Counted from the first letter of the stretch, positions 1 through 8,774 are shown. The stretch is DNA of 64,000 bases from Gemmatimonadales bacterium (GCA_035518815.1 DATIXG010000074.1:441-64440), one strand, 5' to 3'. A program made the numbers and translations. The notes: generated by a model from the letters alone, not told the origin.

Positions 1-26
1 GCCACTGGTTTTTTTCGGAGCTCGAC

Positions 27-839
27 ATGGCAGCGCGTTACCTCGTGAAGGCGGTCAGTCTGCTCAAAGCGTCGTCTGATTGCGTAGCATTGAACTACGT
101 GCTGAATGGTTATGGCCTGTCCAAGCAGTACCTATGCGAATTTGGGGCCGCAGCAACAGCCTACCTGGAGGGCCTTAGCCTCGCTGAGAGAATAGGGGAC
201 GACTCCCGTGTTTCGATAATTGCCTCCAATCTGTGCTCTCTTCGCTGTATCGAGGGAGACTATGAAAGAGCGATCGAGTTCGGTCGTCATAGTGTCGAAA
301 CAGGGTCGAAGAGAACTGGCCATCCCTGCGTCCCAGCCGCATACACCAATCTTGCCGAGGCGTACATGCTGAAGGGGAAGATGGGAAACGCTCTTGATTG
401 CCTCGAGGCCGCGCAAGCGCTTGTCGAAGGGGGTCGCAGTTGGCGAGCTCGAGTCGCGTTCCTCAGCGAGAGTGCCAACCTCGCCTTGCTCGCGGGCAAC
501 GTCGGCCGAGCTATCGAGGCGATTGGCGCTGCGGAGCGACTCCTCGGGACGAGCGAGCGCGCCGCTCCGGACCTCGGGCAGGTCGAAAAGTTACGGATCT
601 TTAGGGCAGCTCACGTCAGAGGTCCGAGCACAGCCCATGCGATGGCGGTTGAGGCGACGGCCCGATTTCTGAACAAAAGCGTCCTATGCTATCTCGACGT
701 TCTCGGAGCCCGAGCGTGGACCGAACGTCTACTTCTAGGGACCGTCGGCGAAGAAACAGAAGCAGCACTTGCAGTCTTCGAGAGATCTGACTTGGCGGGA
801 AAACGGGCAGCTCTCGTCAGCCAGGGCTTCCTAACGTAG
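27..839 (+). CDS. TPR-like helical-repeat protein, possibly 5'-partial
   Basis: 270-aa ORF with repeated Ala/Leu-rich helix-pair pattern (YERAIEFGRHS, LAEAYMLKGKMGNALDCLEAAQAL). GGAG lies 8 nt before ATG 27, but the frame has no stop back to nt 3, so the CDS may start outside the window. Lower GC than the rest. Confidence 0.45.
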   Translation: MAARYLVKAVSLLKASSDCVALNYVLNGYGLSKQYLCEFGAAATAYLEGLSLAERIGDDSRVSIIASNLCSLRCIEGDYERAIEFGRHSVETGSKRTGHPCVPAAYTNLAEAYMLKGKMGNALDCLEAAQALVEGGRSWRARVAFLSESANLALLAGNVGRAIEAIGAAERLLGTSERAAPDLGQVEKLRIFRAAHVRGPSTAHAMAVEATARFLNKSVLCYLDVLGARAWTERLLLGTVGEETEAALAVFERSDLAGKRAALVSQGFLT

Positions 840-882
840 CCTTCTGATGCAGAGATACCCACCTGCGGAAGTGGGGTAAGCG

Positions 883-2238
883 CTACACCGCCGTCCGTTC
901 GACGCGAGGAACGCCGACTCGGACAAATGCGGGTTTGTAGTCCTGCGGCGTCATGTACCCGACCGCTACCAACCGTCGAATCGCAGTTGACTTCACAACG
1001 AGTTCGACCAGTCGTGGGTCAAATTGCCGCCCCGAGTATTTTCGGATTTCCTCAAGGACTCGATCGAACGAAAGGGCGGACCGGTATGGCCGGTCCGTCG
1101 TCATGGCATCGAGAGTATCAGCGATCATGATGACTCGAGCGCCAAACGGGATGCCCTCACCGGCGAGACCGTCTGGATAACCCGTGCCATCATAGTTCTC
1201 GTGATGATGGCGCACCGCCCTTTCGATCGGACCCCTGAGGCTCGAAATGGTACTGATGAGCTCCGCTGATCTCACGGGATGGGTCTGCAACAAGACTCGC
1301 TCCTCCGGCGTCAATCGACCTTCCTTCCGGAGTAGTGGTGCATACTCTTCGTACACCTTGCCAAGGTCGTGTAAGAGCGCGGCGGTCGCGATCTGCTCGA
1401 CCTGTCTCGCGGAGACACCAGCCTCCTTAGCGACAAGCCTGGCGTATTGTGCCACTCTTTGCGAGTGGCCCGAGGTGTAAGGATCCCGAGCCTCGATGTT
1501 CTTGACCATCAACTCCAACAGTTCGTGTGTAGCCTGTTGCAGTCGGAGGTTTTGCACGTAGATGTGTCGAACGATATACAACGGAACTCCGAGCCCCAGT
1601 ACCCCAGCGAGTTCCCAATTGACATAGACGTAGGCCAGCAGAGCGGGGATAGGACTGGCAAAAAGATCATAGACGGCAGAGCCGCCGAAGATCCGTCCCC
1701 AGGCGGAGGCAAAATCGATTCCCTCGGACATCGAAACAGCAAAGCTGACAGCGATGGACGTCACCGCGGAGTAGCCTACACCGGCAGCAAGAACACCTAG
1801 GGGAGCAAGGTCAAAGGTATAGACTGAAGGCGTCCCTCCACAAAACCGATACGCAGTAGCCGCAAATCCGAGTGCCAGAATCTCCTTGGACACATTGAAC
1901 ACGACCTTGATCGGGGGCTTCCTCCGAACCCACAACTCGGCGATGAGAAACGTGACGCCACCGATAACCATCGCCCAGAAGGGTCCAAACAAGAACGCGG
2001 CCGCGAGCAATGGGATGAACGCAACGGACATTGTCGACGTACCAAGCTGCACCTTTACCGAACTCGTCTCCGCAGCGAGCGCTACTAGGAAGATGATGAT
2101 GAGTCCATTTGACGCCTTGCTGGACCAGTCCCAAGTCTCGCCCCAACCAGCTACAAACAGAGCTAACGTCCCCCCCATGGCGATGACGGAGACGTAAAAC
2201 CTGATCAGACGATAGTTGCGCCGCGAAGCAAGTTCCAA
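883..2238 (-). CDS. Membrane-anchored HD-GYP domain c-di-GMP phosphodiesterase
   Basis: C-terminal HDLGKV and HHHENYDGTGYPDGL motifs (HD-GYP signature) follow about 230 aa of hydrophobic multi-TM N-terminus. The track start at 2238 is a TTG, so the start is uncertain. Confidence 0.85.
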   Translation of the reverse strand: MELASRRNYRLIRFYVSVIAMGGTLALFVAGWGETWDWSSKASNGLIIIFLVALAAETSSVKVQLGTSTMSVAFIPLLAAAFLFGPFWAMVIGGVTFLIAELWVRRKPPIKVVFNVSKEILALGFAATAYRFCGGTPSVYTFDLAPLGVLAAGVGYSAVTSIAVSFAVSMSEGIDFASAWGRIFGGSAVYDLFASPIPALLAYVYVNWELAGVLGLGVPLYIVRHIYVQNLRLQQATHELLELMVKNIEARDPYTSGHSQRVAQYARLVAKEAGVSARQVEQIATAALLHDLGKVYEEYAPLLRKEGRLTPEERVLLQTHPVRSAELISTISSLRGPIERAVRHHHENYDGTGYPDGLAGEGIPFGARVIMIADTLDAMTTDRPYRSALSFDRVLEEIRKYSGRQFDPRLVELVVKSTAIRRLVAVGYMTPQDYKPAFVRVGVPRVERTAV

Positions 2239-2541
2239 AATTCGAAACCCTATAAGAGTTGAGAGAGGGTGGCCCCAAGCTTGTCGCTACCATGTTGCCG
2301 ATATGTTTGCCATCAGAACCTTTAAAACTGCTCCCACCAACAACGCGAGAAGCTTGATTGCGAACACTGAGCGTCACCCCCTTTTTAGGACCTACGAGTC
2401 GCGGCTCGATAGACCAGGAGTGGCACACCTCGCTATGGCATGCCCGACGCTCCGCTTGTTAGCTTTTCGCTCGGCTCCGCTTGGGCAACGGCAAACTGGG
2501 GCCCCTTTCCCCCTCCTTTTCCTTGACGTCGGTTGTTCCGT

Positions 2542-2560
2542 ACGCGCCCGTCTGGCGCGT
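2542..2560 (-). terminator. Short GC hairpin just downstream of the HTH-receiver gene
   Basis: acgcgcc / ggcgcgt 7-bp inverted repeat with a 5-nt loop, about 25 nt after the stop at 2584. No clear U-tract. Confidence 0.3.
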
Positions 2561-2583
2561 GCGAGTAATCCCTTACGTCGCGA

Positions 2584-3219
2584 CTACGCCACCTTCTGAC
2601 GCCGTAGCGCCTTGCGTATCGCCTCAATCAATGCTTCCGCGCCGTCGGCCTTGTTGATGATTGTCTGCACGCCGACGGCCCGTAGCCGCTGTTGCTCCGC
2701 CTCTCGAATGCCGCCCGTGACTACCACTATCTCGGCGTCGAGCTGGCGCCCTGGCTCAAGCAGCCGCTCGATCACCTGCACCGCGTTCAAGTCGGGCAGC
2801 CGGAAGTCGAGCACGATGAGCGGTGGGTGCACCCGGCCGATCTCGAGCAGGGCGTCCACCCCGTTCGTCGCCCGGACGACCTTCACCCCCAGGTCCGACT
2901 TCTCGACGATCCGCGCCAGCGCCTCGAGGTAGGTCTTGTCGTCGTCCACCATCACGATCTCGACCAGTCCGTGCAAGTCGCGCAGATCGGGCGGCACCGG
3001 CATCTCCCGCTCGCCCAGAAACTTGATCAGCTCCGCGACCTCGACCCGGCGGCGCCCCGTGGGCGTCTTGTGCCCCTTGAGCAGCCCCTGGTCGATCCAA
3101 CTCGCAACGGTCGCCGGCGATACCTCGCACAGGCGCGCCACCCGTTGGGTGCCCCAGTATTGCTTGAATCGGCTAGAAGTCACAGAACACCAAATACCGC
3201 CAAAATGGGAAGTCCGCAA
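2584..3219 (-). CDS. Response regulator: excisionase/MerR-type HTH plus receiver domain
   Basis: N-terminal VARLCEVSPATVASWIDQGLLKGHKTPTGRRRV HTH. The receiver has MVDDD, the phospho-acceptor context IVLDFRLPD, VVVTGG and INKA. The track start is TTG 3219; an in-frame GTG about 35 nt downstream is an alternative. Confidence 0.8.
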   Translation of the reverse strand: MRTSHFGGIWCSVTSSRFKQYWGTQRVARLCEVSPATVASWIDQGLLKGHKTPTGRRRVEVAELIKFLGEREMPVPPDLRDLHGLVEIVMVDDDKTYLEALARIVEKSDLGVKVVRATNGVDALLEIGRVHPPLIVLDFRLPDLNAVQVIERLLEPGRQLDAEIVVVTGGIREAEQQRLRAVGVQTIINKADGAEALIEAIRKALRRQKVA

Positions 3220-3306
3220 GATCCCCCGTCACGGCGGGCGCCGCGCGGTGTGGCAGGCTTGCTACACGGCTGTGGAAGGGTGTGGAAGTGGTTCTACGGC
3301 AGCTAA

Positions 3307-4044
3307 TTACCGGCGGGCGTCAGTCCAGCGATTCGTCGCGTCCAGGACCGCCAGGACCGCGCTCCGCTCCGGGCTTTCCCGAATTTCGCACGTGCCGGTC
3401 AGGAGCTGCGCCTCCCGGCCCCCCAACCCGTGCACCGCCGCCAGCACGAACTTGCGGTCGAACGCCTCGATGAGCTGCGTCCCCTCCAGCGCGATCGAGT
3501 TGTCAGGCATCAACTCGTCCAGGCACTGCGCGGCCGCGCGCGCCGCCGTCTCCACCCGGTTCCGCACCGTGTCCGTCCCCTGCTCCTCGGCTTCGGCTTC
3601 CCGCTCCTCGAACGCGAGGCGCACCCGCACCATCACGCGCTGCGGCCGCGTCGACGGACGCACGTCAATCCCGCGGAAGGTGACGACGCGCTTCTTGGCG
3701 CGCGTGCTGATCGCTTCCTGCTGCAGCGCCTCGATGGGCCGGACGTCGGCCGTCTGCGCCACGCTGATCTTCCGATGATCGATCTTGAGGCCGAGCTGCG
3801 CCATCAGCGCCGACTCGATGTTGCGCACGACCTGCTTCGCCTGCATGTCGCTCGCCGTGAGCACGTGGACCTCGGTGACCTCGCCCTGCGCCGTCACCAC
3901 CACGCGCGCCGACAGGACGCCCGTCAGGCTGCTGATCAGATTCTCCAGCCGCTTCACGCCCCACGCGTCCGCCCCCCCGCCGCCGATCGGGATCGGCATC
4001 GGCTCGGAGTCGCCCGGTTCGTGTGCTGGCTTGGAAATCGTCAC
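3307..4044 (-). CDS. Hypothetical protein, no family recognised
   Basis: 245-aa ORF. Its GTG start lies 2 nt after the stop of the upstream GGDEF gene and its codon bias matches the neighbours. No motif I can name. Confidence 0.55.
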   Translation of the reverse strand: MTISKPAHEPGDSEPMPIPIGGGGADAWGVKRLENLISSLTGVLSARVVVTAQGEVTEVHVLTASDMQAKQVVRNIESALMAQLGLKIDHRKISVAQTADVRPIEALQQEAISTRAKKRVVTFRGIDVRPSTRPQRVMVRVRLAFEEREAEAEEQGTDTVRNRVETAARAAAQCLDELMPDNSIALEGTQLIEAFDRKFVLAAVHGLGGREAQLLTGTCEIRESPERSAVLAVLDATNRWTDARR

Positions 4045-4046
4045 GC

Positions 4047-5741
4047 CTAATCCTCCCCCGTCTCCACCCGATTGCGCCCCATTTCCTTGGCCCGGTACAG
4101 CGCGCGGTCCGCCGCGATGAGCACGTCCTCGTGCTCCGGCCCAGGCCGCGCTTCGGCGACACCAATGCTAACGGTGACGAGCCCGGGCGGATAGCCCAGC
4201 CGCCGGCCCAGCGCTTCGACCTGCACACGCACTTTTTCTGCCACCGCGCTCGCGCCCTGCAGGCCGGTCCGCACGAGCACGAGCACCAGCTCATCGCCGC
4301 CGTAGCGCGCCGCCAGGTCCGTGGACCGAATCAACAGCGCACACTCGTGTGCGGCATGGCGCAACACCTCGTTGCCTGCCTCGTGCCCGAACTGGTCGTT
4401 CACCTGTTTGAAATTGTCCAGGTCCACGAACAGCACGGCGAACGGGTCCCCCGTGCGGGCGCTGCGGGCCGTCTCATTCGCCAGGCGGTCGCGGAGCACG
4501 CGGAACGTGGCGAGGCCGGTGAGCGAGTCGACGGCGGCCTGGAGCTGTGCCTGCTGGGCCTGCCGGTCGAGGTAGGGCGGGCACGCCTTGAGGGACGTGC
4601 GCCCGAGCGCCGCCGCGATCGCGAACGCTCGGCACGTGCCATAACCGCATGCGCCGCAATCCCATGGCTTGCCGTTCGGCGCGAGGCCGACCTCCGCGAG
4701 CACTTGGTCCACCGCGTCCGCCGGGGGCGCGTGCCCGTTCCGGTTGATCGGAAACACGGCGCCCACCTGTACCGACTCCGCCACACCTGCGTCGACCACG
4801 GGGGCGCGCGCCCGCAGGGGCTCGGTGGCGCCCACGATTTCGCGCCGCCAGAACAGCGACTCGCGCGGCCCGAGCAGCGGATGGTCGAGGCACCCCTCGC
4901 ACGGCAGGATGTCCACGAACCCGACGTCGATCCGGTCCACGGCCACGGCCCGGGCGAGCGCTTCGAGGTGCCCCAGGCCGCGCAGCTTGCGAAATCGCCG
5001 GCTCGCATGGCGCTCCGCCATCAGCACCTCGAGCGGCAGGCCACCGGCCGTGCTCCAGTGGCGCCGCCGCTCCTCGGGCATCCGCGAGAAGTGCTGCGGC
5101 TGATCCTCGATGCGGATCCCGCGGCGCTCGATGATCTGCTTCAGCTCGGCGAACGTGATCGCTGCGTCGACCTCGTCGCGGCCCTCGGTGAGACACACAC
5201 CGGCGTAGACGACGGCGGTGCGCTTGCCGTAGAGCTCCTTCAGGTAGCGGGCCTCGGCGGCGATCGGCGTGGCGACGGGCGCGAGATAGGGAATCAGCTC
5301 GGGATACTGCGCACGCACCGTGTCTACGATCACCGGGCACGTGCTGCGAATCATCGTGCCCCACCCTTCGTCCGCCAGCACACGCATGTACTCGTGCGCC
5401 ACCAGCTCGTCACCCAGCACGCCGCGATGCACGGTCCGGAATCCGGCGGCATAACAGGCGTTGACGACCTGCTCGGGAGTGGAGGGATAGAAGAAGGCGG
5501 CGGACTCGACGGAGAGAATCAGGACGGCGCGGTTGCTGCGCGCGAGCTCCTGCGCGCGCTGCACGTCGCCCACGGCCACGATCGCGTCGTGCGGGCAGGC
5601 GGGCAGGCACACCCCGCAGCGCGTGCACGCTTCATCCAGGATGCGCACGCTGTCGCCTTCCACGCCGACCGCATCCGCGGGACACACGCGGACGCAGGCG
5701 TGACAGGCCACGCATACTTCGGGTACGATCCTAAAGTCCAC
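4047..5741 (-). CDS. Diguanylate cyclase (GGDEF) with N-terminal 2x[4Fe-4S] ferredoxin, iron-hydrogenase-like and RnfB-type Fe-S domains
   Basis: - Two ferredoxin motifs: CVACHACVRVCP and CTRCGVCLPACP.
- Hydrogenase-like blocks: IRSTCPVIV, YAGVCLTEG, ILPCEGCLDHP.
- DCGACGYGTCRAFAIAAALGRTSLKACPPY Fe-S motif.
- C-terminal GGDEF domain with RSTD-LAARY-GGDEL (nt 4287-4301 encode GGDEL). Confidence 0.85.
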   Translation of the reverse strand: MDFRIVPEVCVACHACVRVCPADAVGVEGDSVRILDEACTRCGVCLPACPHDAIVAVGDVQRAQELARSNRAVLILSVESAAFFYPSTPEQVVNACYAAGFRTVHRGVLGDELVAHEYMRVLADEGWGTMIRSTCPVIVDTVRAQYPELIPYLAPVATPIAAEARYLKELYGKRTAVVYAGVCLTEGRDEVDAAITFAELKQIIERRGIRIEDQPQHFSRMPEERRRHWSTAGGLPLEVLMAERHASRRFRKLRGLGHLEALARAVAVDRIDVGFVDILPCEGCLDHPLLGPRESLFWRREIVGATEPLRARAPVVDAGVAESVQVGAVFPINRNGHAPPADAVDQVLAEVGLAPNGKPWDCGACGYGTCRAFAIAAALGRTSLKACPPYLDRQAQQAQLQAAVDSLTGLATFRVLRDRLANETARSARTGDPFAVLFVDLDNFKQVNDQFGHEAGNEVLRHAAHECALLIRSTDLAARYGGDELVLVLVRTGLQGASAVAEKVRVQVEALGRRLGYPPGLVTVSIGVAEARPGPEHEDVLIAADRALYRAKEMGRNRVETGED

Positions 5742-5754
5742 GGGTCATCCCAGG

Positions 5755-7248
5755 CTACGCGAGCGCGTACTCCTTCAGCTTCCGGTAGAGGGTGCGTTCG
5801 CCGATGCCCAGTAGCTCGGCGGCCTTGCGCCGGTTGCCCTTGGTCTCGCGCAGCGCGGCCTGGATCGCCGCCCGCTCGACATCCGCCATCGTCATCCCCG
5901 CGCGGTACAGGACCGGCTCGGGGACCGGCTCTGCTTCGATCGCCGTGACCGGGGTGGAGCGACCGACCTCGATCACTTCGACATGTGGCGGGCGCTCGTC
6001 CAGCCGCCGCCGCAGCTCCTCCACCTGCAATTTTAATTCCACCAAACTGCGGAAGATAAACTGCAGTTCCTGGCCCTGAACCTCCCGAGTGTGGCCGGCG
6101 AGCCGCACCGGAAGGCTTCGGCCGCCGTCGCGGACATCGCGCGGAATGTCGGCCGCGCGAATCTCTCCTTCGGGCGCGAGCACCACCATCGACTCGATGA
6201 GATTGCGCAGCTGGCGCACGTTGCCCGGCCACGGCGCGTCGACCAGGATCTGCAGTGCCTCGGCATCGATGCCGTGAAACTTCCGCCCGTGTTCCGCTGC
6301 GAACTCCGCGATGAAGCGGCGCACGAGCAACGGGATGTCCTCGCGCCGCTCGCGCAACGGCGGCAGATAGATGTGCAGCACGTTGAGCCGGTAGAACAGG
6401 TCGTCGCGGAATTCGCCGAGCGCCACCGCTTCCTTGATCGGCTGGTTGGTCGCCGCGATGACGCGCACATCCACCTTGATCGGCTGCGTCCCGCCCACAC
6501 GGAAGAACGTGCGATCCTCGAGCACGCGCAGCAGCTTGACCTGCGTCGCGAGGGGCGTCTCCGCCACCTCGTCGAGGAAGATCGTCCCCGTGTCGGCCAG
6601 CTCGAAGCGGCCGAGGCGGCGTTCCGCGGCGCCCGTGAAGGCGCCCTTCTCGTGACCGAACAGCTCGCTCTCGAGCAGCGTCTCGGGCAGCGCCGCGCAG
6701 TTGACGGCGATGAACGGCATGCCGCGCCGCGGAGACAGATCGTGAATCGCGCGCGCGACAAGCTCCTTGCCCGTGCCCGACTCGCCTTCGATCAGCACCG
6801 TGGAGGTAACCGGCGCCATCTGCTCGATCTTCACGAGCACTTCCTGGATCGACGGCGATTCGCCCATGATGCCGGTGCGGCGTTGCAGCGCGCGGCGGTC
6901 GAGCAGGCGGCGCACGGTCGCGACTACTTCGGACGGGTCGGCCGGCTTCTCGAGCCAGGCGGCGAGCCCGCTGCGGCGCGCGAGGCCCGCCGCGTCCGGC
7001 TCGGTCGCCTCGACCAGGCCCAGCACGGGGATGGCGCGGTCGCGGGCGACCACGAGCACCTGCCGCGCGCGATCGTCGTGCAAGCCGCCCGTGATTATCA
7101 CGCACGCGGGCTCCCGCCGCTCGAACCCGCCGCGCACGTCGTCGAGCGACGTGATCATGCTCGTCTCGAACCCCGCGGACTCGAGCTGCGCGTTGATCCG
7201 CACCGCATGCTCGAGGTCGTCGCCCGTGACGAGAATGCGCTCGGCCAT
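5755..7248 (-). CDS. Sigma-54-dependent transcriptional activator with degenerate receiver domain
   Basis: AAA+ core [31 protein letters not shown]-terminal Fis-type HTH ([19 protein letters not shown]). The N-terminal receiver-like fold lacks the phospho-acceptor Asp (VIITGGL). Start set at ATG 7248; the track start is TTG 7251. Confidence 0.9.
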   Translation of the reverse strand: MAERILVTGDDLEHAVRINAQLESAGFETSMITSLDDVRGGFERREPACVIITGGLHDDRARQVLVVARDRAIPVLGLVEATEPDAAGLARRSGLAAWLEKPADPSEVVATVRRLLDRRALQRRTGIMGESPSIQEVLVKIEQMAPVTSTVLIEGESGTGKELVARAIHDLSPRRGMPFIAVNCAALPETLLESELFGHEKGAFTGAAERRLGRFELADTGTIFLDEVAETPLATQVKLLRVLEDRTFFRVGGTQPIKVDVRVIAATNQPIKEAVALGEFRDDLFYRLNVLHIYLPPLRERREDIPLLVRRFIAEFAAEHGRKFHGIDAEALQILVDAPWPGNVRQLRNLIESMVVLAPEGEIRAADIPRDVRDGGRSLPVRLAGHTREVQGQELQFIFRSLVELKLQVEELRRRLDERPPHVEVIEVGRSTPVTAIEAEPVPEPVLYRAGMTMADVERAAIQAALRETKGNRRKAAELLGIGERTLYRKLKEYALA

Positions 7249-7660
7249 CAATGAGTCTCGGTGGAGCCGGTCAGCAGCTCGACGGCGTGGGACAGCAGCC
7301 CATCGAGCACGGCGAGGCCGTCGCGCACGCCGCGCGCCCAGCCCGGCAGATTGATGATCAAGGTCCTCCCGCGGATGCCCGGCACCGGCCGCTCAAGCGC
7401 CGCCCGCGTCGCCTCGGGCGTCACGTCGCGGGCGGACAGGCCCGTGCCCCCGGTCGTCAGAATCACATCCACCTCACCGGAGTCGGCCCAGCGCGCCAGC
7501 TTGCCGACGATCCGGTCGTTCTCGTCCGGCACGACGCTCCGTACCACCACTTCGTGCCCGCGCGCGCCCCCCACTCGGCGATGGCATCTCCCCAAGCGTC
7601 TCCCCCCTGCCCCAGCGCACCCAGGTCAGACACCGTAAGCACCCCGATCCGCATCGCCAC
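7248..7660 (-). pseudogene. mogA: mogA/moaB-type molybdopterin adenylyltransferase, frameshifted and internally shortened
   Basis: The N-terminus MRIGVLTVSD...GDAIAEW is in the frame of ORF 7463-7660. The remainder, GARGHEVVV...VDVILTTGGTGLSARDVTPEAT...LIINLPG, is in the frame of ORF 7248-7595. The frames switch at a C6 run (7567-7572). About 20 aa normally found between PG(F/I) and the NLPG block appear to be missing. Confidence 0.5.
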
Positions 7661-7670
7661 TCCGCACCCC

Positions 7671-8774
7671 TCAGACCGCCGCCGGCGCCCGCCGCGTGCG
7701 GTGTGGCACGAAGGGCAACCGGACCACTTCCGCCTCCGCCTGCCGGCCGCGCACGTCGATCGTAAACCGCGTGCCCGGCTTGGCCTGCGCCGTCGGCAGG
7801 TACGTCATGCCTACCGCGCTGCCAGCCGTCGGCGTCACGGTACCGCTGCGCACTACGTCCACCTGGCGGCCGTCGAGAAACACGCCGAAGCCGGGCCGCG
7901 CCACCACCCGGGGCTCGAGGACCCGGAATCCCACGAGGCGACGCGGGACGCCGGCCAGCCGTTGCTGCTTCAGCGCGGCCAGGCCGACGAAGTCGGTACC
8001 CTTCTCGAGCTTCACGATCCAGCCAAGGCCCGCTTCGAGCGGCGTGATCGTATCGTCGATGTCATTCCCGTACAGCGGGTATCCCGCCTCGAGGCGCAAC
8101 GTATCCCGCGCGCCGAGTCCGCACGGTACCGCGCGGCCAGGGCCCACGAGCGCGTACCACATCCGCTCCAGGTCGACGGCGCGGCAATACAGCTCGAAGC
8201 CGTCCTCGCCCGTGTAGCCCGTGCGGGAAATGAAGCACTCGATCCCGGCCACCTTGCCTTCGATGAAGTGGTAGTACGGCAGGAGCGACAGGCCCGCAGT
8301 CGTCAGCGGTGCAAGTAGCGCCTCGGCTCCCGGACCCTGGACGGCGAGGAGACCGGTCTCATCCGAGACGTCGCGCAGCCGCACGTTGCCTTGCTTGTGC
8401 GCCACGACGTGCTCCCAGTCGCGTGCGATGTTCGCGGCGTTGACCACGATCATGATCCGATCAGTGAACCGGTACACGACGCAGTCGTCCACGAACGTGC
8501 CGCGGTCCGTGAGTATCGCGGTGTATTGCGCCTGGCCGGTCTTGAGCGCGCCGACGTCGTTGCTCGTGACGCGCTGCACGAACGCGTTCCGGTCAGGGCC
8601 CGTGACTTCGAACTCGCCCATGTGCGAGATGTCGAACACGCCCACGGCTTCCCGCACCGCCTTGTGCTCGGCGCTGATGCCCTCGTGATAGTGCACCGGC
8701 ATCTCGAAGCCCCCGAACGGCACGAGCTTCGCGCCGAGGGCCTGATGCACGGCGAAGAGCGGCGTGCGCTTCAC
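7671..8774 (-). CDS. gcvT: Glycine cleavage system aminomethyltransferase (T protein)
   Basis: VKRTPLFAVHQALGAKLVPFGGFEMPVHY...GVFDISHMGEFEVTG is a typical GcvT N-terminus. GTG 8774 overlaps the argF TGA (GTGA). The track ORF is over-extended to 9251. Confidence 0.9.
   Translation of the reverse strand: MKRTPLFAVHQALGAKLVPFGGFEMPVHYHEGISAEHKAVREAVGVFDISHMGEFEVTGPDRNAFVQRVTSNDVGALKTGQAQYTAILTDRGTFVDDCVVYRFTDRIMIVVNAANIARDWEHVVAHKQGNVRLRDVSDETGLLAVQGPGAEALLAPLTTAGLSLLPYYHFIEGKVAGIECFISRTGYTGEDGFELYCRAVDLERMWYALVGPGRAVPCGLGARDTLRLEAGYPLYGNDIDDTITPLEAGLGWIVKLEKGTDFVGLAALKQQRLAGVPRRLVGFRVLEPRVVARPGFGVFLDGRQVDVVRSGTVTPTAGSAVGMTYLPTAQAKPGTRFTIDVRGRQAEAEVVRLPFVPHRTRRAPAAV

Noticed and set aside
1811-2428. 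205-aa ORF overlapping the 5' end of the HD-GYP gene in another frame with an ATG start.
   Set aside because: No motifs. It overlaps the hydrophobic N-terminus of a well-supported gene. The HD-GYP frame gives a sensible positive-inside TM topology from TTG 2238.
2487-2501. Sigma-54-like element GGGGCCCCAGTTTGC (minus strand) upstream of the HD-GYP gene. Also a plus-strand TGGCAC at about 2421.
   Set aside because: The -24 half matches only the GG dinucleotide. The plus-strand TGGCAC has wrong GG/GC spacing and no downstream plus-strand gene.
2239-2583. c-di-GMP riboswitch (GEMM-I/II) upstream of the HD-GYP gene.
   Set aside because: Only a loose GGCAAAC...GCGACAAGC resemblance. No GNRA tetraloop/receptor pair and no conserved ACGCACAGGGCAAACC core. 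A covariance-model scan is needed before any claim.
4023-5948. Very long ORFs antisense to clearly recognisable genes. Examples: 4023-5948 (+), 9746-11428 (+), 12737-14248 (+), 45435-48077 (+), 56370-58880 (+), 5519-7105 (-).
   Set aside because: Their translations are Arg/Ala/Gly/Pro-rich low-complexity strings with no motifs. They overlap genes with strong family signatures. This is typical stop-codon depletion in a roughly 70% GC genome.
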